A stretch of 63,708 nucleotides of DNA, filler included, from Stramenopiles sp. TOSAG23-3 (lineage: Eukaryota), in NCBI GenBank assembly GCA_900128585.1. It is 8 parts of 8 records of this genome, joined end to end, with 100 filler letters (N's around TTAATTAATTAA, not from the genome) between each part and the next. Parts side by side here need not be neighbours in the genome. Positions count along the whole stretch, not along the records: positions 35,098 to 46,633 come from LT642735.1; positions 46,734 to 58,218 come from LT642737.1; 6 more parts are not named here. One strand, given 5' to 3'. A model generated the notes under the pieces. The model saw only the letters and a program-made list of their open reading frames with translations, was not told the origin of the DNA and made no database searches. Positions 41,036 through 53,669 of the stretch are shown in pieces; the first letter of the stretch is position 1; every line of letters starts with the position of its first letter. A program made the translations under genes and the position numbers.

Positions 41036-41899
41036 TCACTTTTTAGAACCTTCTTTTGTTCCACTGTACCCACTTACATGGTCAATTATTTTCACCAGTT
41101 TCCCCACAATATGTATATCTTTTATTGTAAATGAGTGAAAATTCACAAGGTGGAACTCTTGGAGAATTTCGATAATTTTCCCAGTCAAGGCACGATTCTT
41201 TTCTGACCACGATTTTTCCAGCTCGCTTAACCCATCCTTTCTTTCGTTGGTATACCCGCTTTCACTGAAATAGTCCATGTGCGGCAACAAATACTCTAAA
41301 TTTTCGGCGGATTCATAGAATTCAACATTGAAAGACTCGGTCTCAGAAATCCTAAATAAATCAACTTTTGACAATACATTGACGTGTGGTAACTCTAGTT
41401 TCAACATGCATGACAATGACAATAATGCTGCAGATACAAAAGTCGAGGGCCGGCAACAAACGTGAACATCAATTAGCTGTACAACTACAGTATGGCACCC
41501 AATTTTATTAATGCGGTGTGCAATATTCCTGACGCTGTTGTGATGAGAAAATAACTCAACTTGACCAGGAAAGTCAAAAACCAAATAATTAGCAGCTTCT
41601 TGCCTTATATTTCTTTCTAGCCAATCAAAATTTTTCTCCAAAAACTCCATACAAAATATAAGAGCACCATTGGGGCCCAACTTTAATTTTTCCATAGTTT
41701 CACTCAAACTTATTAGGTCGGTTATATCGATGGTGTACCCAAAGGTTTCTTGTATACCTTCATTCGCAGGATCTAAATTGATAGTCGCGCATTTTCGACC
41801 AGTGGCTAAAAAATATTTTTTCATGCATTTACAATAACAGCTTTTGCCAGAACCTGGAGGCCCAATGACAAGCTGCGAGTAAGAGACAAAATCTCCCAT
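41036..41899 (-). CDS. GPN2: GPN-loop GTPase 2
   Basis: QLVIGPPGSGKS, NLDPANE, LGPNGAL, FDFPGQVELFSHH, LELPHVNVLSKVDL. Confidence 0.92.
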   Translation of the reverse strand: MGDFVSYSQLVIGPPGSGKSCYCKCMKKYFLATGRKCATINLDPANEGIQETFGYTIDITDLISLSETMEKLKLGPNGALIFCMEFLEKNFDWLERNIRQEAANYLVFDFPGQVELFSHHNSVRNIAHRINKIGCHTVVVQLIDVHVCCRPSTFVSAALLSLSCMLKLELPHVNVLSKVDLFRISETESFNVEFYESAENLEYLLPHMDYFSESGYTNERKDGLSELEKSWSEKNRALTGKIIEILQEFHLVNFHSFTIKDIHIVGKLVKIIDHVSGYSGTKEGSKK

Positions 41900-42784
41900 C
41901 CTTCCAACAAACCAGTATGAATTAGATGCCTAGATTTTTTTATGGTGATACAAGCTTTCTGGTCAACAATATATGCGAAAAAATATTATCAAGGTTGGTT
42001 CTTTCTAAAGACGTTTGGCAAACAAACTGTAACACGCAGGCGGCTAAGCCAAGAGGAAGCAACGCGTTCACAGTTTTCTCACTCGTTAAAGCGTTTCTAT
42101 ATTTTGTTGTGCTCTTGTTATAAAGTAGAAAAGCATGTGGACAGCTTTCTCTTTTATAACTTCCACGCACGCCTACTCTCTCTACTGACTGGCGTATTGT
42201 AAAAGACGTCTACTACTGCTTCTGGATGAATATATTGTAGATCAGAGTTTATACACACGGGGGAAGATATTACATTTAATTAAATCACTGTTGGAGAGAG
42301 TAGAAGAGTTCATTTTTATTAATTTCACAGCAGCAGGGAGTTAGTGTTACACAACATACAGGTAATAACACCTAAAATGACAAAAAAACTAATTTAATTT
42401 TCACTTACCAATTTTAGCTGAAGTGAAATATTACAAGTACATCAATACAGTAAGTGTTTAATTATCAGGGTCATAATAAGTTTCCGAAAAACTTCAATTC
42501 CACATAGTCGTCTACTTAAATTACAATACAATAATATGATTAATTTCCAGCTGCCGATGGACGGCGAGGACCGAGGACCACTTTTACCACCCTAACTCTA
42601 ACCATAACATATCCAAAATTGTCCTTAAATAACGGCTGCAGGAGGGGGTTAACTCCCTCAAAACCAACACCCTCATCCTCCTCTCGACAGACTTTTGGGG
42701 CCAGGCAGCGCGCCTTCAGAAGTTGCCAATAAAAAAACACTAACGACCACCTTGGGAACCAGAAAATAGACTCCAACCAAAAGT

Positions 42785-43703
42785 TTGAAAAAGAAAAAAA
42801 CACGCCGTGTTTTGGAACCAGATTCGCCAAACTCCAGTCTGTCCAGCGCTACTTCATGTACCTCATCAGAATCAGACAACAGTGACAAGGTATTAGGCCA
42901 GCTAGAAGGTGAGAAAGCTACAAACAAAAAACTGACTTGGCATGTTTTAAAGTTGAATACAAAAGCAGCAAAATTACAAGCTGAAATTGAAGTACATAAA
43001 AGGGTAGCAAAAGAAGAAGAAAAAAGCGAAAAACAATTTGAGTCGTTCAGTAGCAAAGCTTCATGCTACAAATGCAAGGTTGGATGCAACCAATTTGTTG
43101 CTTAAAAAGAATCTGATGGACGCCCTTGCGGATAAAGCCGCATTGCTACGAGAAATAAGTAGACTAAAAAAATCAGCAGAAGAAGCCTTATTGAAGGTAA
43201 AACAGTTCGACAGGGAAACCAAAATAATGCTGGAAGTTGAAAAAAGAAAATCAAAGGCAATCGACCTGATGGCGAAACTGCAAGGCCGGTGTTGCCAGCT
43301 GGGCTTAACAGAAACAGCAGCAGCAGGCACAACAGGCTGCAGTTGCTCATGCGCAGAAACAACAATACGCTCGTGCAAGCACGTTAGGTTGGCAAGGTGG
43401 ATGGATCAATCAGCCACAACAAGGTGGATGGAACATTCAAGCTCCTCCTCCTCGAATACCCCCACCGCCTCAAAATGGGATATTCGGGAGGGCTTGGCGA
43501 ATCAAGTGTTTCCCTCAATGGCAACCCACTGGCAGGATCCCAGGCCATTTGTCATATTTGCAAAGCATTGCTGGCTCCGGGGAAGCACCCCTAGGAAATA
43601 TAGGCGTCTACACATACATAATAGCCCCAAGAAACCCCAAAGGCCGTTCTCAACAATCGAAAAATCGCCGGTCACTCCAAGACCATGCTCCCAGGTAGGC
43701 TAA
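42785..43703 (+). pseudogene. Two overlapping out-of-frame coiled-coil ORFs (frameshifted or spliced gene, function unknown)
   Basis: ORFs 42785..43105 and 43038..43703 are both K/E-rich and overlap in different frames; neither has an ATG start. Confidence 0.35.
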
Positions 43704-44355
43704 TTCGCCCAAGCAAGCCATGTTCTGCCCGGCGATTTTCAGCTTTAAAAATGTAGAAAAAGTGCTTAAAATGCTTCTTAAATAGTAAGATTCTTCAAAT
43801 AGAATAATATATGTAGTTTTAAAAAAAAACTTGCTTGTACAAGTAACCGTCTCATTATAAATTTTCTATACGAAATGTGGGCCCATTTTTAAAAGGGGTT
43901 TGGATGCATGAAAACTCTGCGTCAGAGAGGTCTGCAATAACAAATAATAAATAAGACATTATTTTTAAGGAATTTTACAAAACAATTAGAAGGGAAAATT
44001 TTGGTCCAAAAAGTGGTGCATTTGCAAATAGCTCAATAATATGGGTCCGTATTAAATAATTGTACGGTAAAAAGAGAGAGTAGGAAGGTTCCTTGATTGG
44101 TTTTTACCAGTAGTCGCTAGTCGCCGTTAGTAAAATTATAAATCACTACAAGATATATATATTTAGAGCCCCATGTATCAGTGAGCCAATTATAACAAAT
44201 CAATTTTTCTTCATCAAACAATTCAGAAGTTGCCATCTATCCCCTCTTTACGGAACAAATAAATAGAAATTGAATAAGATTTCTTTCTGTTTGTTTCATC
44301 ATGTTTTGAAAACTCATTTAACTGGTACAGAACACATTTATTAACCCAAGACAAA

Positions 44356-45371
44356 ATGGAATGGATATTATATTGCTTTTTTGCACATTGCATTTTCACA
44401 GTGCTGGGAGGGCACACGACAACCCCGGAAGAATTGATATTTATGCGGTCATTTTATCATGATTGTGCTGGGGATAATTGGAACCAGAAATGGGATAAAT
44501 TGGAGTTAGATGTGTGCGAGGAAAAGAAATTATTTCCCGGGGTTACCTGTGAAACGTTTGTTAGTACAAATCCACTAAGACCAGGTACTTTTTGGACTGT
44601 AACAGGGATAGAACTGGGCATGAACAACCTTGATTGCAAAGCGCTTAATTTTGATTTACCTCATCTGAAGACATTGGATTTATCAGGAGCTTTTTTGGAT
44701 AATGATATTATTACTCTCTGGTTTGCGAGTCGTATATTATCAATGCAGACCTCACAGGAACACCATACAACACATTTTTGGGGACAAATTGTACACATAA
44801 AGATAATGCCGTGTACACAGATTCTGTCGTATATGGTTTAATAGGCTTGGTGGTGCAGGGAATTATTATCCCAATCTGTGGTGTATTGTACTTGTTGCGG
44901 CAGCGGCATTTGTTAAAGTCAAACTCCATCCGCTTGTCACTAGGATTCTTGTATGAACATTGGAGAGGCGATTGGATTAGTATTTTGGCCGAATTATGTG
45001 AAGTGTGGCGAAGACTGCTCATTTCTTTGGTGATGCTCTATTTCGGTCGTAAAAATCGCAGCTTGCTGATTCTTCTTGCCTGGTTTTATGTTGCAAGTAT
45101 ATTATTTGTGATTTTTTTACGCCCATACAAGCAAAATAGGCAAGATGTATTTACTACAAGAATACTTTCATTTGCTGTCATGTCAATAAATTTCATCGTT
45201 ATTTTCTTGGGTTTGGGAAATGACCGGGATTTTCAGCCGGCTTTACTTGATACATTTTTCGTAATTCCAAACATTTTCCTCTGCATATACACAATGATTT
45301 GGTATTTTTATCGAAGGATTACGGGTAAGTTTCAGAAATATTTTACTCGTTTATTCTTGCTAACATTTTAA
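44356..45371 (+). pseudogene. LRR receptor-like gene relic: signal peptide, LRR N-cap, one LRR, then frame change into a multi-TM domain
   Basis: FYHDCAGDNW...C...FPGVTC...VTGIELGMNNL...LPHLKTLDLSG in ORF 44356..44841; LGFLYEHW...EVWRRLLI...LRPYK in ORF 44778..45371 (different frame). Confidence 0.6.
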
Positions 45372-47849
45372 TAATTTTAGGACTTAACTGGAAGGTTGAA
45401 TGGACCGTTTCATCTTCGCTGAGAGACCATTTACATACTAGGGATGGTCTGATACGTGAAGGAGAGAACAGAAAAACTAATGTTGTAGACAGTGCCCCTC
45501 CGAATAAAGCCAAAGCCAATGGGACGCATCGGGAACAACGAAGCGAGCAAGCTAGTTTTGGTTTGCATGATTCTATCAACGAATCTTATATTACGGATTC
45601 CGCCCTTGATATCAAATTAAAAGCGTGGTTTTACCGTTTTGATTATGTCGAAAAATGGACAACTGCTTACAAGAGGAAGCATGGCGTAATAGCCAGCCAA
45701 AACGAAAAAAATAAAGACCTAGAATTTACTCGTAACTTCCTGAGAATGATGCAGCATTCACGTGATCTGAAACGTATAGGTTGTCTCGAACCACTTGTTG
45801 CATTTAAGGAACGATGTCTACACCCCCAGGCTGATATGAGAACAGTGTCAATTCCGGGCCAAATCAAGAAGATAGATTTTACTGTGAAAAAGTCTGATTT
45901 TCAAACGCTAACAAAAAATTTTGCTCTGGAGTGGTCTAGATCACCCGCGCAAACTCTTCATTTTCACACTCCACGAAATTCGAGAAAACTAAAGAAATAA
46001 CAAAATTGGCCATTGGGGGGGAGGGGGGGGGGGGGTTGGCGTACCAGGTACCTGTACTGATGTAGAAGCCGTTCTGTAACCTAATTATATGTTACGCTTT
46101 GTACACGGAGTACAGCTACACATTCGACGATGTACATTTTCGCAAAAGCGATTGTAACAAAAAAGCCTCGTTTCTTTTCCGTTCCACAAATTATAGATTA
46201 GCGGACTGCCCTCTTAGTAGTATGTCAACAATTTGCAATATTAACTGATATGCGACGAATATCTCTTTTGAACAATCTATTATCCGGTTTTACTTATCCC
46301 CGTCCAAGATAAGACCCGCTTCGGGCCTCCGTTTCAGAAAAAAATAACAATTAAGGTTTAAATTTTAATTTAACTATTTCGAATATTGTATGACCATTTG
46401 TAATATAATTTCCTATGAAATTCGAAATCACAACTTGCTGTATCACACTAATAAATTCTATTATTCCAAGTGCTAGTCGTCTAAATGTCGCATTTTAAAT
46501 CTTTTTTGTGAATCTGCCCAATGATGCCAATGATGTATTTTTATTAAATATATTATCCCCTGCTGATACTAGTCCAGGGACCAAAAATTAACGAAAACGA
46601 AAACGAAATATATGAAAATAAGGAAATAATAAGNNNNNNNNNNNNNNNNNNNNNNNNNNNNNNNNNNNNNNNNNNNNTTAATTAATTAANNNNNNNNNNN
46701 NNNNNNNNNNNNNNNNNNNNNNNNNNNNNNNNNCGAAAACGCATTCTATCGAAGCGAGTGATATCGACGACATTCGAGTATTCGGTGAAAAATCTGTGCA
46801 CCACATAATGAATGTATAATAATATTATATCTGGTAGTTAAAATCACCTTAACGTATTAAGGGTTATATAAGCTATTCCTACCAGAAATATTACACCGCG
46901 AAGCAAGAGAAGATCGACATAACATGCGATGGAAAGTACAATACACAACGTCCGAAATTTGTAACTAAATAAGTTATAAGTACACAAAATGTAAATAAAT
47001 GGATGGTGTGATGGTGTTAATAAAGTAGTAAATTCAGCTTTTAATCAATCCTCGTACAAGTAAGAGTACAGATAAGAATATCACTAACATGAACACAACA
47101 CCTGACGCATAGAATTTTGATACATAGGATGTACTAACATTTAACACTACATAGTCTGGTAAACAATTGGAAGAGTAAGTACAAAAGTTGCTTAAAGCTA
47201 AACTTACTTAAATCTTAAATTATATCTAACATACTCAATTACAGCGACAGGACCTTAAGCGACTATAATACAATACAAAATACAAAATTATACACTAACA
47301 CAATTTAGACTACGGGGAGGTTACTAATTAAAATAATTTAATTTAAGAAATTTATATATTTTATATATATGGTAAAATATCCACTCTTTTAATTATTACT
47401 CTCCAGAAGAAGAGGATAAATAAAGGAGTTTCTTCTTTTTTTTCTTCTTCTTTTTTTCATCACACCATCACAACATCATCATTTTAATATAATACTAAAA
47501 TATAATAGATTATTAAATTAGTAGTAGTACTACAACAATAATTAATTATTATTAATAATAAATAAATAATAATAATAAAAAAAAAAAAAAAAAAGAAGAA
47601 GAACAACGGAGGATGATGGATTGTTATTGTTGGTGAAGCACATTTTAGATTGTATAGTAAGAAGACATTAAAATGTAGATTTAGGCGGTGAAAAAAGTGT
47701 GAACCAACAAACCTAATGACGAACAAACCACACAGCGGATTTAATTACTACTTCCACGACGGTGTGTGGTCTGGTCTGGTCTGGCCACTCTCTGTGTTTA
47801 TTTATAGACTTGTACTTCTTAGAGTTGAACGGGCGAGAGTGAATTGGTG

Positions 47850-48680
47850 ATGCTTGTTGTAGGAGGAGGTGGTCAAGTGCCTCGAGGCGAAGGTACTGGT
47901 AATGGGAGGTTGAGAGAACAATACATAGCGGAGGCCCCTGCCCCTACGGTCGTGTATGGGATACCGCTCCCCCCGACGGCGACGTCGACGGAGATACGGC
48001 TTGTGAAGACGGTCATGAGCCTTGCGGCGCTGCTGGCGGTCGCCACGGTCACCGTGGAACTAATCAACGTCCTGACGTCGACGGGGACGAGGAGCGTGTC
48101 CCTGTTTAGTCTGTTCGCTTCCCTGACCGTCCCCGCCTGCGGGTATTTCGGGGCCCGGGGCAGGAACCGAGTGTTGCTTCAAACGTACTCGTTTGTGAAC
48201 TGGTGCTGTGCTTTTCAATTTTTTCTACTATGCGCCTTTGAACTGATAAATGTCAACAGGCAGTACGAAGAGTGCGAGCACTGCAAGTCCCTGTCTGTCG
48301 AGATCGAGACCAATGCGACGACGCCCTTGTGCAAATCCACGTCTGGGGAAACCCTGGACATGTCCGACTGCGACAGCTACATGGGCAAGTACTTGAATGC
48401 TGGCCTCCTCGTCGTCGGAATGTGCCTCCTTCTATTTTATACCTACAACGGTTACCTTTCGATGAAGCTGGCCCAGTTGACCATTTTTACGACCTCGCGC
48501 GTCGGGGTGAACAACAACAACCACGGCATCCAGATGACCCACCCCCATGCATTGCAGACAGCAACCAACGTCGGTGCAGGGTACAACGGGCAACGCGTTA
48601 CCCCTGTCATGGGCCACGTCATTGTCGTCAACGAAAGACAGGCAGGGGGTGGTGGTGGTAGTGGTAGTGCACCAAAGTAA
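47850..48680 (+). CDS. Four-TM membrane protein with Cys-containing second loop (tetraspan-like topology)
   Basis: Four hydrophobic helices, ACGYFGA motif, loop with CEHC...C...CD; GC-rich island in AT-rich DNA. Confidence 0.7.
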   Translation: MLVVGGGGQVPRGEGTGNGRLREQYIAEAPAPTVVYGIPLPPTATSTEIRLVKTVMSLAALLAVATVTVELINVLTSTGTRSVSLFSLFASLTVPACGYFGARGRNRVLLQTYSFVNWCCAFQFFLLCAFELINVNRQYEECEHCKSLSVEIETNATTPLCKSTSGETLDMSDCDSYMGKYLNAGLLVVGMCLLLFYTYNGYLSMKLAQLTIFTTSRVGVNNNNHGIQMTHPHALQTATNVGAGYNGQRVTPVMGHVIVVNERQAGGGGGSGSAPK

Positions 48681-48819
48681 ATATATTTATTACAAAGGGT
48701 TGTCAGAATATATAATAAAAGTTTTTTCGTTTATTTATTATATTATTATTACTTCTATTATTACTCTCTATTATAGTCTAATTTACCTTGGTACAGTAAG
48801 AAATAAATAAAAAATATTT

Positions 48820-49075
48820 TTTCTTCTTCTTTCTTCTTTCTTTCTTCTTTCTTCTATCTTCTTTCTTCATCTTTCTTCTTCTTTCTTCTTTCTTCATCTT
48901 TCTTCTTCTTTCTTCTTCTTTCTTCATCTTTCTTCTTCTTTCTTCTTTCTTCATCTTTCTTCTTCTTTCTTCTTCTTTTTTCATCTTTTTTCTTTCTTCT
49001 TTTTTCTTCTTTCTTTCTTTCTTCTTCTTTTTTCTTCTTTCTTCATCTTTCTTTCTTTCTTCTTCTTTCTTCTCA
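48820..49075 (+). repeat. Pyrimidine-rich (TTC/TTTC) compound microsatellite
   Basis: Read directly from the sequence. Confidence 0.9.
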
Positions 49076-49852
49076 TTTTTTTTCCGTTATAATACCGATC
49101 TTCTATGCTGTGAGATGTATTACATGCACAATTTCAATGGATAAATACAAATACAAATTCTCCTAATCTAAATCTAAAACGACCTTTATATTATTATGTA
49201 TTTAGACTACGATCACTGTAGTATTTAATTATTCTCTCTCAAGCGTTTTTTTAAGAAGATTCTCTTCTTCCTCCTCCTCCTCTCCTTCCTCCTCTTTTAC
49301 TTATTTGTATATTAAATATTCTTCGTAGTCTTTATATTTATTATAGAGTCTTTCTTTCTTTCCTTTTCTTTTTTTCTTTTTCTTTCTATCTTTTTTCTTT
49401 CTTCTTCTTCTTATTTTATTTATTACATTATTATTAGATTCTTCTTCTTTCTTACTTTCTTCCTCCTACAACAGAATTTATCAAACTATTTTACATCGAT
49501 AGAATATTGAACATAAGAATAAGTTAAAAATGATCCCAACAACAAAATAACAAACAACAACAACTCAAAAAACGGTTGTTTACAAAAAAAAAAAAATGGA
49601 GGAAGAAGGAAGGAAGGAAGAAGACAGAAGAAGAAGACCATCTTCTAAAAATAAATCATCGAAACAGTTAGTCACATTGGCGAATTCCAATCCAATAAAA
49701 TCGAACCCAATCGAACCGAATCAAATTTCAATGGTATAATGTCAACAGAACTCTTGTGTTCACCCTCTTGCTCTTTATTTATTACTCTTTCCTTTTCTTG
49801 TCGTTTGTGTTCGTCAGCCAAGTAAGTGTTCGTCGCACACACAGTAGTCAGC

Positions 49853-51460
49853 ATGGCAGCAGTAGTAATTTCTGCAGAGGAGTATGCCCGGCGAGCGTCC
49901 TCGAACATTCGGCCGTCCCTGATCGTGCGCGAGAAGAAGGCCATTCAGCCATTCTTCAACTCGAGGGGCTCGATGGCGCGCTTCCTTAATAGCTCCCATA
50001 ACCACCAAAGGGAGATCGCGGACGTCATCATCTACGATCCGGATGTCGACGAGCTGGGGGGGGAAGTGGAAGTACTTCTTTGGAGGATCTTTACATACTA
50101 TTCCATCAACGGGAACCCGCAGAACCCAATGTTCCTGAGGGCGCAGACTTTTGTCGAGTTTTGCCTGGATGCCAGGCTGATAAACAACACAACCCTTCTG
50201 AAACAGGACTGTACAGTGATTTACAAAGACATCGTCTCGAAGCGGGCGGACAAGGTGACAGGGCGGGGCAGCCGCCGGGCGGGCGGGTACGCGCACGGCA
50301 AGCCCACCTTGTCGGAGCGCGCGCGCCAGCTGCAGCTGCGGCACGACCCGGAGAAGCGGCACGTCTCCATCAAGAAGATGAACTTTTCCGACTTTACCAA
50401 TAGTTTGTCCCGAATATCGTCTCGGATTATGCCGCACCTGAACCCCGCGGAGGCGTTCGAAAAGGTGCTGGACGACAAGATCTTCCGATTCGCCCACCGG
50501 CGGCCCGTCAACCACAACATCACAGAGCTGGACTTGTGCAACGACATGTTCGACCTGTTCGCGCCGTCGCTGCGCTTGATTTTGCAGTACTACGGCGAGT
50601 TTCGGCCGGAGATCGAGAACAACGAAGACCACGGGGCGACGGGGCGACGGTTTAGCTTGGACAAAGATTTTAACAGCATGGCCTGCGCCATGAGCTTTCG
50701 AAAGTGGTTGCATTTCTGCGACGACTTCAACCTCAGGTCCTCCATGAACAACACCCCCATCCTGACGTCGATCCAGCTGTCGGAGATATTTTTGAACTCG
50801 GTAAAGGCGCACATTGTGGACCACATCGGGAAGCTGACGTTTGAAGAGTTTTGGGAGGCGCTGGTGCGGTGTGCGCTAGTGGCGTACCGGAAGCACGAGT
50901 GCCACGTTGTGCTGAAGCTGAAGGAACTGTTTGTGTACATGACGAATAAAATCGAAAACTCCGTCAGCAAGCACATCAATGCGCATGGGAAGCGGGACGT
51001 GACAACCAATGCCGCGAACGGGCTGGCCGGGATGAAAGGGTTCCAGTTTCGTGTGACAGAAATGTACCGCCGCGATGGCGTCCCGCGGACGTACTTGATA
51101 CGAGAAGCCCCCCCGGAAAAGTCTGGCAGGGATTTGCTGAAAAACATTAAAAAGAAACGCCAGGATGCAATATACACCCTAAATGGCGGGGTGTTCAACG
51201 ACTCCCCGGAACTGCCACAGCCCGGGCCCATCCGCGGGGCGGTCCAGCAGGGGAAGGGCACGTTGCTTGGCGCGATGATGCAGTCAGAGAAAGGCTCCGC
51301 GATTGCAGCGGAGAAGCACAACAAGCAAAGTGGGTCGCCACAGAAGGTGCACGACCCTACGCTTAAGGCGCCTTGGAGAGCTGCAATGGACCCAAACGGT
51401 GCAGGCATATATTATTACAATAGGGAGACAGGGATGACCACCTGGGAACGGCCCGTGTAA
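49853..51460 (+). CDS. p25-alpha/TPPP-like and EF-hand-like protein with C-terminal WW domain
   Basis: FVEFCLDARLI...VIY...KKMNFSDF resembles p25-alpha; LTFEEFWEAL; WW PWRAAMDPNGAGIYYYNRETGMTTWERP. Confidence 0.7.
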   Translation: MAAVVISAEEYARRASSNIRPSLIVREKKAIQPFFNSRGSMARFLNSSHNHQREIADVIIYDPDVDELGGEVEVLLWRIFTYYSINGNPQNPMFLRAQTFVEFCLDARLINNTTLLKQDCTVIYKDIVSKRADKVTGRGSRRAGGYAHGKPTLSERARQLQLRHDPEKRHVSIKKMNFSDFTNSLSRISSRIMPHLNPAEAFEKVLDDKIFRFAHRRPVNHNITELDLCNDMFDLFAPSLRLILQYYGEFRPEIENNEDHGATGRRFSLDKDFNSMACAMSFRKWLHFCDDFNLRSSMNNTPILTSIQLSEIFLNSVKAHIVDHIGKLTFEEFWEALVRCALVAYRKHECHVVLKLKELFVYMTNKIENSVSKHINAHGKRDVTTNAANGLAGMKGFQFRVTEMYRRDGVPRTYLIREAPPEKSGRDLLKNIKKKRQDAIYTLNGGVFNDSPELPQPGPIRGAVQQGKGTLLGAMMQSEKGSAIAAEKHNKQSGSPQKVHDPTLKAPWRAAMDPNGAGIYYYNRETGMTTWERPV

Positions 51461-51657
51461 AGAGTCGGCGCGAGTGCGAGGAGGGCAGAGAGAGAGAGAA
51501 CAGAACTACCAACGCCGAGTAAAAAAATATATATAGTACGCCGAGTAAAATTATTTTTAGTTTTTTAGATTTTTATAATAAAAACAAAATTTAGTGAAAT
51601 GCCGTCTAATTCAACCTTTTCGTGGACTGATTTACCACGTTTAAAGAACTTCAGAGA

Positions 51658-52149
51658 TTACTTTTTTGCCAGTTTCCAGCCGTTTTTCGTGGCAACTTCG
51701 AATCTGTTTCCCCAGTCCAGGCAAATGTACTGGTCAACGCAAGGGTTCCCGTAAAGGCAGCTGCATGTTTCCCCCCCCGTTTTGCTCCACGTGTTTGGGT
51801 CATCCCTATCATAACTCTGCTCATTGGCAGCCTGGCTTTCGTCATAGGAGACAGCCGACCGAGTCTCGGCTTTAAAGTCTATGCCTTTCATTTTCGCAAG
51901 TTTGACCTCCTCTTCCCGCTTTGCCCTCTCCTGTTGTTTCAGTCGCCGCAGCCCACCCCTGCTTTCTTTATCCTTTTGCCTCGATTTGTACAGGCGCTCT
52001 TCGCTCGGCGTTCGCTTCAACGAACTCTTCGATTTGCTTTTCGCTTTTGCACTACCACTACCTGCACCCCCTTGCCCTTCCCCGTCGTCGTCAAACCCAC
52101 CGTTTGCCATCATACGGGCAAACAAGCTGTTCTTGCCCCGCCTACTCAT
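51658..52149 (-). CDS. Small protein with C-terminal four-Cys motif
   Basis: MSRRGK start at 52149; ends CSCLYGNPCVDQYICLDWGNRFEVATKNGWKLAKK. Confidence 0.7.
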   Translation of the reverse strand: MSRRGKNSLFARMMANGGFDDDGEGQGGAGSGSAKAKSKSKSSLKRTPSEERLYKSRQKDKESRGGLRRLKQQERAKREEEVKLAKMKGIDFKAETRSAVSYDESQAANEQSYDRDDPNTWSKTGGETCSCLYGNPCVDQYICLDWGNRFEVATKNGWKLAKK

Positions 52150-53669
52150 TTTTCTCTCCCCCCCACCACACAAACACAACAGTGCCAAAAAATATATAAA
52201 AGACCACTTGCCAAGTTTTGATTTTAATGTACACGCTAAATAGAAGGATCCACCACAGGAAGGAGGGAACGAAGGAAGAAACACTTCAACGGACAGGGAG
52301 AGTGACGATGGGGCAGTGTAATGGTGTGAATCAAGCTAGCAGTCTAAATTAATGACTGCTTCTTCTGTAATACTAAAATGTGGGATGATATATTATTATT
52401 ATTAGATTTTTTTTTCTTTTTTCTTCACCCCGCCGCCCCTGCGCCGCCTCCCTCCGTCGTCCTCGCCTTATTATTTCTATATACTTCTTCTTCTGTTTGA
52501 GGAAAAGAAGAAGAAGAAGGAGGTCGTCTTCTTTCTTCTTCTTCTTCTTTTATTTTTATTTTTAGAGCATTGTATGTTAAGGAATCTATTTCTCTTTACT
52601 TTTTTTCTCTTCCCTACGTGCATTTTTTGAGATTGCGTCACACTTACAATGCTATGCTATGTTCATTTTGGCGAAGAAAGGTGGGCGGGGCACATTTAAT
52701 TCATTTTCCACTTCCTATAATGACACAGGACTAAAGATTAAGCAAATAAGAAGGTTGGAAGAAATAAATCCATAATTAAGGAATATATATAACAAATGTA
52801 CTGATAATAAATCCTATTGTTATATTAAGTAATGTTTCTATTAAAATGAATCCATTGTCTCTTTTTTTTATAAAAGTAGCAAAGAAATTGTTTTTCTGTA
52901 TTCAAACCAAAAGTATTCCTCTCTATATACATCAACACAGCATTTAAATATCTTACACAAATCCACAACCCTTCATCCACCTATAAATTAAAATCCTTAC
53001 TTTGATTTATTTAAACTTTAAACTATAAATTCTTAAATTCTTAAATACTAGAAATTATTTAATATATACTATTAATACTACAAGTACTAAAAATACTCAT
53101 TTGTTTCCTATTCATTGATTAAGGAGGAACTCAAAACGTGACATTATTTATACTTCCTTTCACCGAAGAAAAAAGAAAACACCAACAAAAAAAGGAAAGA
53201 AAAGAAGATAAAGAAGAAGAAGGTCGTCTGTGGTCTTACTTCATGGGATCTGTTACAACACTAACATTTTAAATAGTTAAGGTATATATTAACCCTAATA
53301 CTAATCAAATTAACATATTAGGTATTGTTTTGATCATTTTGAAGTTTCTAAATATTCAATGTTAACTTAGTTGAATATACTTCCTTAATTATTTATGTAT
53401 CCTAACTTTTTGCCAGCGAGCCGCCGGGGTGGTGTGGTATAAAAACAACAACCATACTATTACCGCATAAGTTGAGAGGATTCTCAACTATTATTATACT
53501 TATTTAAATTTGTTGGTTGAAGGGAGGCGTATAGAATGGCTACGTTCGTAGAGAGAGAGAGGAGATTTGTCTTCATTTTGAATTCCTTCAAGGTTTTAAG
53601 AGATCTAAGTTTCCAAATTTTCATAAAGCAACCAAGGAACAAAGAAACGAAAGGACAAAGCTAACGTTT

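Noticed and set aside
46736-46819. Possible 3' end of a CDS at contig start (KTHSIEASDIDDIRVFGEKSVHHIMNV*); similar stub on the minus strand at ~61741-61878
   Set aside because: Too short to support or identify.
48778-48984. K/E/R-rich or F/S/L-rich short ORFs (also 11711..11977, 16063..16287, 34871..35053, 47484..47726)
   Set aside because: Translations of microsatellites and low-complexity DNA.
49822-49851. GTAAGT...CAG possible 23-30-nt 5' UTR intron
   Set aside because: Very short, no transcript evidence and no effect on the ORF; may be chance.
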